DNA of 64,000 nt from Vicinamibacterales bacterium. Lineage in GTDB: Bacteria; Acidobacteriota; Vicinamibacteria; Vicinamibacterales; UBA8438. Below, piece after piece: positions 28,923 through 37,510 of the stretch. The translations under genes were made by a program, and so were the position numbers. Location: the NCBI GenBank assembly GCA_965203525.1, contig OZ241898.1:640176-704175 (forward strand). The letters run 5' to 3'. Numbering within the stretch: position 1 is the first letter of the stretch; each line of letters opens with the position of its first letter. Under the pieces are notes generated by a model. The model did no database searches. It saw nothing but the letters and a program-made list of their open reading frames with translations, and had not been told where the DNA came from.

Positions 28923-31316
28923 ATGACGAGCCGTGTGAGGCGGACCGGGCCGGCGGCGGTGTTCGGGGCGGGGCTTGCGTTTGCCTTGTGCGCTACGGCG
29001 GCGCAGGCGTCCGGTGCGCCGCCGGCGGCGCCCGGCGTCTCGACGTGGCGGGCGGTGTTGGACCGCTACTGCGTCACCTGCCACAACGAGCGTCTGCTGA
29101 CGGGGAACCTCGCCCTCGACGGTGTCGACGTCGAGCGCGTCGGCGCGGACGCGGAGGTGTGGGAGAAGGTCCTCCGGAAGCTGCGCACGCAGGCGATGCC
29201 GCCGCCGCGCCGGCCGCGGCCGGACGCGGAGACCTACGGCGCGTTCGCGGCGTGGCTGGAGACGGCCCTCGACCGGGCCGCGGCGGACGATCCGAATCCC
29301 GGGCGGCCGGCCATCCACCGTCTCAACCGGCTGGAGTACGCCAACGCCGTCCGCGATCTGCTCCACCTGGAGATCGACGGCCGGGCGCTGCTGCCGGCCG
29401 ACGATCTGGCCTACGGCTTCGACAACAACGCCGACGTCCTGACCGTGGCGCCGGGGCTGCTGGAGCGCTACATGTCGGCGGCGCGCCGGATCAGCCGGCT
29501 GGCGGTGGGCGACCCGGCCATCGAGGCCGACGCGGTGCGCTACCCGCTGTCCTCGCTGCTGGCGCAGGACGACCGCATGAGCGAGGACCTGCCGTTCGGC
29601 TCGCGCGGCGGGGCCGCGGTCCGGCACCATTTCCCGCTCGACGGCGAATACCTCGTCCGCATCGGGCTGCAGGGCAACCGGCGGGAGCCGCAGGAGATCG
29701 ACGTCCGCGTCGACGGGGTGCGCCGCGCGCTGCTGCGGGTCGGCCACTGGCCGGAGGGCGCGGACCCCGGCGTAGCGCCGCAACCCGGCGAGTTGTTGCG
29801 GGTCCGCTTGCCGGTCCGCGCCGGCACCCGCGTGGTGAGCGTGTCGTTCACGAAGCGGACGGCGGTGACCGAGGGGCTGGCCCCGCGCCGCCTGCCGCTC
29901 TGGACCTTCTCCACCGGGCGCGGCTTCGTGCGGCGGATGGCGCTCGAAAGCGTGGAGATCGAGGGCCCCTTCAGTCCCGACACGCTCGGCCGCGGGCCCG
30001 ATGGCGAAGGGGAGGCGGCCAGCCGGCGGCGCATCTTCGTCTGCCGTCCGGCGCTGCCGGCGGACGAGGAGCCGTGCGCCGACGAGATCCTCGGGACGCT
30101 GGCGCGGCGCGCGTTCCGCCGGCCGGTGACGGCGCCCGACCTGGAGGTGCTGCGCGGCTTCTACGCCGAGGGGCGCGGCGAAGGGGGCTTCGAGGCGGGC
30201 ATCCAGCGGGCGCTGGAGAGCATCCTGGTCGACCCGGAGTTCCTGTTCCGCATCGAACGCGATCCGCCCGGCGCCGCCCCGGCGGCCCCCTACCGCCTCA
30301 GCGGCGTCGAGCTGGCGTCGCGCCTGTCGTTCTTCCTCTGGAGCAGCATCCCCGACGACGAGCTCCTCGCCGCGGCGGAGGCCGGCCGGCTGAGCGACCC
30401 GGCGGCGCTGGAGCGGCAGGTGCGGCGGATGCTCGCCGACGAACGGGCGGGCGTGCTGGTGTCGAGCTTCGCCGCGCAGTGGCTGCACCTGCGCCGCATG
30501 CGCACGGTGACCCCCGACGTCAACGCCTTCCCCGGGTTCGACGAGAACCTGCGCGCGGCCCTGGTCCGCGAGACGGAGCTGTTCCTGGAAAGCCAGATCC
30601 GGGAGGACCGGAGCGTGGCCGGCCTGCTCGACGCGGACTACACGTTCGTCAACGAGCGGCTCGCCCGGCACTACGGGATCCCGAACGTCTACGGCTCCCG
30701 CTTCCGGCGCGTGGCCCTGCCCGGCGCGGAGCGCCGCGGCCTGCTCGGCCACGGCAGCATCCTGACCGTGACGTCGCTGGCTACCCGGACGTCGCCGGTG
30801 GTCCGCGGCAAGTGGGTGCTCGAGAACGTCCTCGGCACGCCGCCTCCGCCTCCGCCGCCCGACGTGCCGGACCTGCCGGAGCGGGCCGGCGGCGGGCCGG
30901 CGGCGTCGTTGCGCGCGCGGCTCGAAGCGCACCGCGCCAACCCGGTCTGCTCCAACTGCCACGCGCGCATGGACCCGCTCGGCTTCGCCCTCGAGAACTT
31001 CGACGCGGTCGGCAGGTGGCGCGACGCCGACGCGTCGGGCGCGCCGATCGACCCCTCCGGCGTGCTGCCCGACGGGACGGCGTTCGCGGGCTTCCCCGGC
31101 CTGCGGAACGTCCTGCTGGAGCGGCGCGCGGAGTTCGTCGCCACGGTGACGGAGAAGCTGCTGACCTACGCCCTCGGGCGCGGGTTGGCGCACTACGACC
31201 GGCCGGTCGTCCGCGCCGTCGTGCGCGGGGCGGCGGCGGACGACCACCGCTGGTCGTCGCTGATCCTCGGCGTCGTCCGGAGCCTTCCGTTTCAGATGAG
31301 GAGAGCGGAATCATGA
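28923..31316 (+). CDS. DUF1592/DUF1587/DUF1588/DUF1585-family protein with an N-terminal cytochrome-c-like CxxCH
   Basis: Signal peptide, RYCVTCHNERL, IHRLNRLEYANAVRDLL, FLWSSIPDDELL, FVNERLARHYGI and CSNCHARMDPLGFALENFD. These blocks are characteristic of the Planctomycete/Acidobacteria DUF1592 family. Confidence 0.85.
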   Translation: MTSRVRRTGPAAVFGAGLAFALCATAAQASGAPPAAPGVSTWRAVLDRYCVTCHNERLLTGNLALDGVDVERVGADAEVWEKVLRKLRTQAMPPPRRPRPDAETYGAFAAWLETALDRAAADDPNPGRPAIHRLNRLEYANAVRDLLHLEIDGRALLPADDLAYGFDNNADVLTVAPGLLERYMSAARRISRLAVGDPAIEADAVRYPLSSLLAQDDRMSEDLPFGSRGGAAVRHHFPLDGEYLVRIGLQGNRREPQEIDVRVDGVRRALLRVGHWPEGADPGVAPQPGELLRVRLPVRAGTRVVSVSFTKRTAVTEGLAPRRLPLWTFSTGRGFVRRMALESVEIEGPFSPDTLGRGPDGEGEAASRRRIFVCRPALPADEEPCADEILGTLARRAFRRPVTAPDLEVLRGFYAEGRGEGGFEAGIQRALESILVDPEFLFRIERDPPGAAPAAPYRLSGVELASRLSFFLWSSIPDDELLAAAEAGRLSDPAALERQVRRMLADERAGVLVSSFAAQWLHLRRMRTVTPDVNAFPGFDENLRAALVRETELFLESQIREDRSVAGLLDADYTFVNERLARHYGIPNVYGSRFRRVALPGAERRGLLGHGSILTVTSLATRTSPVVRGKWVLENVLGTPPPPPPPDVPDLPERAGGGPAASLRARLEAHRANPVCSNCHARMDPLGFALENFDAVGRWRDADASGAPIDPSGVLPDGTAFAGFPGLRNVLLERRAEFVATVTEKLLTYALGRGLAHYDRPVVRAVVRGAAADDHRWSSLILGVVRSLPFQMRRAES

Positions 31317-32671
31317 TCATCACGAAGAAGACGCTGCCCCGCCGCACCGTGCTGCGCGGACTGGGGACCGCGGTGGCGCTGCCGCTGCTCGACGGGATGG
31401 TGCCGGCGCTCACCGCGCTCGGCCGGACGGCGGCCCGGCCGAAGCCGCGCCTCGGGTTCGTCTACGTGCCGCACGGGGCCGTGATGCGGAACTGGACCCC
31501 GCCCACCGACGGCGCCGGCTTCGAGTTCACGCCGATCCTGAAACCGCTGGAGCCGTTCCGCGACCGCCTCGTCGTGCTGTCCGGCCTCGATCACGCCCCG
31601 GCGGCGCAGATGCCGGGGGATCCGGCGGGGGGCCACGGGCGGATCACCGGCGCGTTCCTGACCGGCGTGCACGCCAAGCCGACCGAGGGCGCCGACTTCG
31701 AGGCGGGCCGTTCGGTCGACCAGATCGCGGCGGCGCAGCTCGGCCGGCGGACGCAGCTCGCCTCGCTGGAGGTGGGCATCGGCCTGCCGGAGTTCGGCGG
31801 CGCCTGCGACGCCGGCTTCAGTTGCGCCTACGTCAGCACCCTCTCCTGGAGCACGCCGACCACCCCGCTGCCGATGGAGAGCAATCCGCGCGCGCTCTTC
31901 GAACGGCTGTTCGGCGACGGGACGAGCACCGACCCGGCGGCGCGGCGCGCGCGGCGGCGCAAGGACCGCAGCATCCTCGACGCGGTGACCCGCAAGGTGG
32001 CGCGCCTGCAGGAGGGGCTGGGGGCGGCGGACCGCGCCAAGCTGACCGACTACCTGGCCGCGGTGCGCGACGTCGAGCGCCGCATCCAGCGGGCGGAAGC
32101 GGAGGCGGACCGCGAGCTGCCGGTGGTGGAACGGCCGTCGGCGAGCATCCCGGCTTCGTTCGACGAGTACGTGAAGGTGATGTTCGACCTGCAGGTGCTC
32201 GCCTACCAGGCCGACCTGACCCGCGTCGTCACGTTCCTGATGACCCCGGAGCTGACCGCGCAGACCTACCCGCAGATCGGCGTGCCGGATCCGCACCACG
32301 CGCTCTCGCACCACGAGAACCGGCCGGAGAGCCTGGAGAAGCTGACCAAGGTGGGCGCCTACCACGCGTCGCTCTTCGCCGGGTACCTCGACCGGCTGCG
32401 GGCGACCCCCGATGGCGACGGCACCCTGCTGGACCAGGTGGCGATCCTGTACGGCAGCGGGATGAGCAACAGCAACCTGCACAACATCCAGAAGCTGCCG
32501 ATCCTGGTCGCCGGCGGCGCCGCGGGCCGGCTCCGGGGGAACCGCCACCTGCGGTACGCCGACGGTACGCCGCTGACCAACCTGTACCTGACGCTGCTCG
32601 GCATGGTGGACGTACCCGAGGAGCGCTTCGGCGACAGCACCGGGACGCTGCGGTACCTGACGGACGTGTGA
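31313..32671 (+). CDS. DUF1552 domain protein (Tat-signal, sulfatase/phosphatase-like fold family)
   Basis: The ATG at 31313 overlaps the upstream stop (ATGA). LPRRTVLRGLGTAVALPLL is a Tat-type signal. It is the canonical partner of DUF1592 proteins. Confidence 0.88.
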   Translation: MIITKKTLPRRTVLRGLGTAVALPLLDGMVPALTALGRTAARPKPRLGFVYVPHGAVMRNWTPPTDGAGFEFTPILKPLEPFRDRLVVLSGLDHAPAAQMPGDPAGGHGRITGAFLTGVHAKPTEGADFEAGRSVDQIAAAQLGRRTQLASLEVGIGLPEFGGACDAGFSCAYVSTLSWSTPTTPLPMESNPRALFERLFGDGTSTDPAARRARRRKDRSILDAVTRKVARLQEGLGAADRAKLTDYLAAVRDVERRIQRAEAEADRELPVVERPSASIPASFDEYVKVMFDLQVLAYQADLTRVVTFLMTPELTAQTYPQIGVPDPHHALSHHENRPESLEKLTKVGAYHASLFAGYLDRLRATPDGDGTLLDQVAILYGSGMSNSNLHNIQKLPILVAGGAAGRLRGNRHLRYADGTPLTNLYLTLLGMVDVPEERFGDSTGTLRYLTDV

Positions 32672-32706
32672 GCCGGACCGGGGGAGGTCGGAACCAGGGA
32701 GCGAAG

Positions 32707-34521
32707 ATGACTTCATGCAACGGTGTGCGTGCGCGGTTGTCGGCGGCGGCCGTGGCGTTGGCGGCGGTCGCGGCAGGCGTGGTCCCGACGGCCGCCGCGC
32801 AGGGGCGGACCACCCGGCAGGGCGAGCCGCCGAACGTCACGGCGGGCGGGACCGACTGGACGAGCCACAACCTCGACCTCGCCAACAGCCGCTACTCGGA
32901 GCTGGACGAGATACGCGTCGAGACGGTCGGACGACTGGCCGAGCGGTGGTCCTACCGGGTGGCGGCGGGGATCGACGTCAGCCAGGTGACGCCGCTGGTG
33001 GTCGACGGCGTGATGTACTTCCACGCCGGCGCCGCCGTGGTCGCCGTCAACGCGGTCACCGGCGAGGAGGTCTGGACCCTCGAGCTGGACGAGGCGCGCC
33101 GCAACCGCGTCCGCGGGCCGACCTGGGCGGAAGGGAAGATCTACTCCTACAACGGTCCGAACCTGGTCGCGGCCGACGCGAAGACCGGCGAGCTGGTCGC
33201 GTCGTACGGCGACGGCGGCGTCCTGCCGGTGGTCGGGCTGGCGCTGCAGGCCAAGTATCCCGACACCTATCCGCCGACCCTCGACCCGCACACCCTCGGC
33301 TACCGGATCACCGCCGCGCCGGCCTACCACGACGGCACGCTCTACGTCGGCGCCGCGCTCTCCGAAGGGCACATTCCGGGCGGTCTGGTGATCGCCACCG
33401 ACGCCGAAACCGGGGCCGTCGAGTGGGTGTTCAACACCATCCCGCAACGCCCGCGGGACGACGGCTGGGAGATCGCGCGCGACACGTGGGGCGACGGCCA
33501 GCGCGCCGGCGGCGGCGTCTGGACGCAGCCGGCCATCGACCTCGACCTCGGCCTGATCTACTTCAACACCGGCAACCCGTCGCCGGACTACGACGGATCG
33601 GCGCGGCCGGGGGCCAACCTGTTCACCAACGCCACCGTCGCCCTCGACCTGGAGACCGGCGCGCTGCGCTGGTACTACCAGGCGATCCACCACGACCTGT
33701 GGGACTGGGACCACGTCACCGGCCCGGTGCTCTTCGACGTCGCGGGCGCCGACGGCGAAACGATCCGGGGCGTCGGCGCGGCCGGCAAGAACTGCCTGCT
33801 CTACCTCTGGAACCGGGAGACCGGCGAGCCGATCAACCCGATGGTGGAGACGCCGGTGCCGACCGCGACCAACGTGCCGGGCGAGGTGGTCTATCCGACC
33901 CAGCCGATCCCCTACAACGCCCGCGGCGTGCCGATGACGCCGTTCTGCGCGACGTACGTGCACCTCGACGACCCGGAGCTGCAGGCGCGGAGCCGGCCGA
34001 TGTACACGCCGTACTCCGTCGAGGAGCACCTGATCGTCGCCCACGGCGGATCGAGCTTCGGCTCGCCCGCGTTCAGCCCGCGCACCGGGCTGCTCTACGT
34101 CACCGGCAAGAACGCCGCGGTCTCGATGATCGTCCGGCCGCTCGGCGACAGCCTGGAGCCGGGGCCGCACGGCGACGGCCACAGCGCCAACTTCGAGGAG
34201 CTGAGCCGCATCCCCGCCTACACGCCGACCACCACCCTGACCGCCTACGAGCCGGCCAGCGGGGAAGAGGCGTGGCAGCAGGTGTTCCCCGCGCTCGGTC
34301 CCATCGGCGCGAGCGGCAATCTGGCGACGGCGGGCGACCTCGTGTTCCAGGGCGCGGACGACGGCGCGTTCTACGCGTTCCACGCCGCGACCGGCGAGCG
34401 GCTGTTCCGCCACCAGGCGCCGCGCCCCATCCGGTCGAGCCCGATGACCTACCGGGTGAACGGCAGGCAGTACGTCACGGTGATCGCGACCGACACGATC
34501 CTGACCTTCGCGCTGCCGTAG
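32707..34521 (+). CDS. PQQ-dependent dehydrogenase (quinoprotein beta-propeller)
   Basis: Signal peptide, WTSHNLDLANSRYS, TPLVVDGVMYF, GGGVWTQPAIDLDLGLIYFNTGNPSPD, HHDLWDWD, and C-terminal SSPMTYRVNGRQYV. Confidence 0.88.
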   Translation: MTSCNGVRARLSAAAVALAAVAAGVVPTAAAQGRTTRQGEPPNVTAGGTDWTSHNLDLANSRYSELDEIRVETVGRLAERWSYRVAAGIDVSQVTPLVVDGVMYFHAGAAVVAVNAVTGEEVWTLELDEARRNRVRGPTWAEGKIYSYNGPNLVAADAKTGELVASYGDGGVLPVVGLALQAKYPDTYPPTLDPHTLGYRITAAPAYHDGTLYVGAALSEGHIPGGLVIATDAETGAVEWVFNTIPQRPRDDGWEIARDTWGDGQRAGGGVWTQPAIDLDLGLIYFNTGNPSPDYDGSARPGANLFTNATVALDLETGALRWYYQAIHHDLWDWDHVTGPVLFDVAGADGETIRGVGAAGKNCLLYLWNRETGEPINPMVETPVPTATNVPGEVVYPTQPIPYNARGVPMTPFCATYVHLDDPELQARSRPMYTPYSVEEHLIVAHGGSSFGSPAFSPRTGLLYVTGKNAAVSMIVRPLGDSLEPGPHGDGHSANFEELSRIPAYTPTTTLTAYEPASGEEAWQQVFPALGPIGASGNLATAGDLVFQGADDGAFYAFHAATGERLFRHQAPRPIRSSPMTYRVNGRQYVTVIATDTILTFALP

Positions 34522-34732
34522 GGGTCGGGACGGCGGCGTCCGGCGAGCGGCCGATACTCGTATACTGGAGAGCATGGACGGGCTGGGAGCACCAAGCTCG
34601 ACGCTCTTCCGAGCCGCTGTGCATGGCCCCACGCCGACGACCGGACGCGCCAGCGCACGCCGCGAGCTACGACCCGTTGCGCCGTCCGCCGGTCGCGGGT
34701 TGCCCCGGGGGCATCGATGAGGACATGAACGC

Positions 34733-35434
34733 ATGAAGGTCCTTCGGGTTCGTCATCACGACTCGGAGATCCACGTCAGCTTCAGGCTGAACCGGTTCAT
34801 CACCGACTGGCCGTCGGCGCAGTCGAGGTTCATCGGCGGCATCGCCGACGGGTTTCGTGGATGGGTCCCGATCGCCCCGCGGAACTTCAGCGTGACTCCG
34901 GCCTTTGCACTGGAAGACCTGCGGTGCAAGTGCCGGCTCTTCGGCGGCCAGTGCGAGATCGTTCTGGCGCCCGAGGTACTGCAGCTCGATTTCGAGAACG
35001 TGAAACGGGAAGCTCGGCCCGTCGTTCTGGAAACGGTTCGAAGAGCGTCGGAATGGCTGGCCGGCGCTCTGGGAGACCACGGCCGGGACCTGTTGTCGTT
35101 CTGGACGTTTGCGCACCTGGAGGCGTTGGAAGCGGACGCCGCGGATGCGTACCTCGGCCAGTTCATGCCGGCGGAAGCCGATGACTTGATGCGATCCGAA
35201 CCGGACGTGAAGTACCTGCCGTCCAGCCGCACCCTGTTGTCGAGAGAAGCGGAAGGGTGGTTGTTGGAGCGGGTGATCGAAAAATCGCTGTCGATCGACA
35301 ACGCCGTGTTCGTGGACACGCGGGTTCGCGTGCAGTCGCCAGATCCCGCGAGATTCGACGATCAGATGCGGCTGCTTGACCGCGTCGAGAAGCTGGCGGA
35401 TCGCGCGGTCGGACTCGATTGCGAGGAGGCGTGA
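34733..35434 (+). CDS. Hypothetical protein, first gene of the low-GC three-gene cassette
   Basis: 233-aa ORF with balanced composition in a locally low-GC region (55-62%). The antisense ORF is junk. Its stop lies 1 nt before the next start. No family recognised. Confidence 0.65.
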   Translation: MKVLRVRHHDSEIHVSFRLNRFITDWPSAQSRFIGGIADGFRGWVPIAPRNFSVTPAFALEDLRCKCRLFGGQCEIVLAPEVLQLDFENVKREARPVVLETVRRASEWLAGALGDHGRDLLSFWTFAHLEALEADAADAYLGQFMPAEADDLMRSEPDVKYLPSSRTLLSREAEGWLLERVIEKSLSIDNAVFVDTRVRVQSPDPARFDDQMRLLDRVEKLADRAVGLDCEEA

Positions 35435-35435
35435 A

Positions 35436-36146
35436 ATGACGTCAATCGGGAACATCTCCGCACGCGATTTCCAGAGTCGTCCGCGGATTTCGTCGGAAGA
35501 CGTTGCGCGGTTTCTGGCGGGTGGCGCCGCATACAAAACGCTGGGCGCCGAACCACGTATCCGGGCGCCCTGGAGCGATCCGAATGCGGAAATGGATCCG
35601 CTCGTCGTCCAGACACCGGCGCGGAGACTCTTGGGGGCATTCGGGAGGGCTACGAACGCGCCGTCTTCGGGTGGACCGAGCACGGACGATGCGTACCGGC
35701 AGTTCCACGTACCGGAGCCAGGCTGGCTCGCGGACGCCCTGGCGGCGCTGGCGGAGGTCGACGACGAAATCGCGGAGGAAGAACTTCCGCAAGTCAGCGA
35801 CGCCACGAAGGCGGAGGCGGAGAGAATCATCAGGGCTCTGGAGGGGCGCTCGCCGGCGCCGACCGTCTACCCTACGCAGGACGCCGAAATCGCCCTGCAT
35901 TTCAAGGCGCCCGGCCGGACGGGCACCGTCGTCATCCTGTTGAGCGACGGCGTGCGGGCGGACTGCCATGCGTACGTCGGTGGCACGAGCCGGCGCGCCC
36001 ACTATGACACTTCCTCGGACCTCCCTGATGCATTCGTCCTGGATCAACTGCGCCGCCTGACGCCGCCGAGCCGGGCCGCCGTTTCGATGCCGGACGCGAG
36101 CTTCTCCCTGTTCCGAACGATGTTCCTGCCGACGATCTGCCCTTGA
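35436..36146 (+). CDS. Hypothetical protein, second gene of the cassette
   Basis: ATG at 35436 is preceded by GAGGAGG (35423-35429) at 6-nt spacing. 236 aa: a probably disordered N-terminal half and a compact C-terminal alpha/beta-looking domain (AEAERIIRALEGRSPAPTVYPTQDAEIALHFKAPGRTGTVVILL). No family recognised. Confidence 0.65.
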   Translation: MTSIGNISARDFQSRPRISSEDVARFLAGGAAYKTLGAEPRIRAPWSDPNAEMDPLVVQTPARRLLGAFGRATNAPSSGGPSTDDAYRQFHVPEPGWLADALAALAEVDDEIAEEELPQVSDATKAEAERIIRALEGRSPAPTVYPTQDAEIALHFKAPGRTGTVVILLSDGVRADCHAYVGGTSRRAHYDTSSDLPDAFVLDQLRRLTPPSRAAVSMPDASFSLFRTMFLPTICP

Positions 36147-36150
36147 AGTC

Positions 36151-36606
36151 GTGAACACGAGGTCGAGATCGGTGCAGGCGCCACCGGCGGAGCTGGATAA
36201 GAACGAGGATCTGGGCCGATCCGTATTCTCGCGACGGAGGCGCGACCGTGCGCGCAAGGGCAACGTCGACTTGGACGTTTTTCTGGAACGCGAACAGGCC
36301 GAGTCGATCTCGGTCGACCGGATGGACCATGCGACAGTTGCTGAACTGGCCGAGTGGTCCCGCGAGCGGGGGCGCAGCCGTGAGCCTCCCCGGCAATTCC
36401 ACGGGTGGGCCGTCCTGAAGGTCCTGGACGCCGCGGCGAACGGGAGAGCCGTCAGAGCGACTCCGACGCCGCAGAACCGGTGTCACGCGGACATCTTTCT
36501 GAACGTCACCGGGGAGGAGAGAAGGCGCCGGCAGAGGGATCACGCCGCTGAACTGGCGGACAAGTCCCGGTGGGTGGAGGTTCCCGCAGGTTCGGACCCC
36601 GGATGA
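36151..36606 (+). CDS. Hypothetical basic protein, third gene of the cassette
   Basis: GTG lies 4 nt after the upstream stop. 151 aa with a basic N-terminus (SRRRRDRARK) and a conserved-looking FHGWAVLKVLDAAANGRAVRATPTPQNRCHADIFL block. No clear SD, so the start is uncertain. Confidence 0.5.
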   Translation: MNTRSRSVQAPPAELDKNEDLGRSVFSRRRRDRARKGNVDLDVFLEREQAESISVDRMDHATVAELAEWSRERGRSREPPRQFHGWAVLKVLDAAANGRAVRATPTPQNRCHADIFLNVTGEERRRRQRDHAAELADKSRWVEVPAGSDPG

Positions 36607-36629
36607 AGGACCGCCGGCCCGCGCCGCCG

Positions 36630-37307
36630 TCACGCCAGATGCCGCCGGTAGAAGGCGAGCATCCGCGTCCAGCACTCGGCGGCGTACCGCGCGTGGTACG
36701 TCTCCGCGCGGGTGTCGTTGAAGAAGGCGTGGTCGGCGCCGTCGAAGATGGTGATCTCGACCTCCTTGCCCGCGGCCTGCAGGTCGGCCTCCAGCCGGCG
36801 CGCCGCGTCCGGGGTGACGAAGGCGTCCTTCTCGGCGAAGAAGCCGAGCACCGGCGCCTGCAGGTTCGCGAGATCGGGGGTGACGGCGGGGTGGATGCCG
36901 TAGAAGTCGACGCACGCGCCGACCTTCGGGTTGGCGCAGGCGGCGAAGAGCGCAAGCTGGCCGCCCATGCAGAACCCGACGGCGCCGACCCGGTCGCCGG
37001 CGACCTCGCCGCAGGCCAACAAGTAATCGACGGCGCCCCGCAGGTCCCGTTCCGTCCGCCCGACGTCGAGCGCCATCATCAGCTTGCCGGCATCGTCGGG
37101 GCTCGCGGCGGTCTCGCCGTGGTACATGTCGGGCGCGAGGGCGGCGAAGCCTTCGCCCGCGAACCGGTCGGCGACGTCCTTGACGTGATCGACCAGCCCC
37201 CACCACTCCTGGATCACGATCACGCCCGGCCCCCTGCCGGAGGCCGGCGTCGCCAGGTAGCCGCGGGAGCTCCTGCCGTTGGTTGCGAACTCGACCATCC
37301 TGCCCAT
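36630..37307 (-). CDS. Dienelactone hydrolase family protein
   Basis: GVIVIQEWWGL, the nucleophile elbow VGFCMGG, and DHAFFND. ATG at 37307 is chosen over the track start at 37364. Confidence 0.9.
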   Translation of the reverse strand: MGRMVEFATNGRSSRGYLATPASGRGPGVIVIQEWWGLVDHVKDVADRFAGEGFAALAPDMYHGETAASPDDAGKLMMALDVGRTERDLRGAVDYLLACGEVAGDRVGAVGFCMGGQLALFAACANPKVGACVDFYGIHPAVTPDLANLQAPVLGFFAEKDAFVTPDAARRLEADLQAAGKEVEITIFDGADHAFFNDTRAETYHARYAAECWTRMLAFYRRHLA

Positions 37308-37323
37308 CGTTTCCCGTTCCTTT

Positions 37324-37510
37324 CGCGGGTCCGGCGCCGCCCGCGTCTCGGCTGCTTCACGCAAACGTCGTGAAACGGTGCGGCTCCTCTCGCGGAGCCG
37401 GCGCCGCCTGTTTCATGCGAACGTCGAGAACGGCGCGGGCCGCCGTTCCGCGCGGGTCCGGCGTCGCCGGCGCCGCCGGCTCACTCCGCGACGGCCGTCA
37501 CGGCGCGCGC
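37324..37510 (+). repeat. Three decayed tandem copies (periods about 56-69 bp) between the SGNH/LamG gene stop and the dienelactone hydrolase start
   Basis: cgcgg[ga][tg]ccggcg[ct]cgcc occurs at 37324, 37391 and 37450. The motifs ttcacgcaaacgtcgtgaaacggtgcgg, ttcatgcgaacgtcgagaacggcgcgg and tcactccgcgacggccgtcacggcgcgcg follow. On the minus strand the third copy is the real gene end (AVTAVAE-stop), and copy 2 keeps a stop at the equivalent position. Confidence 0.7.
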
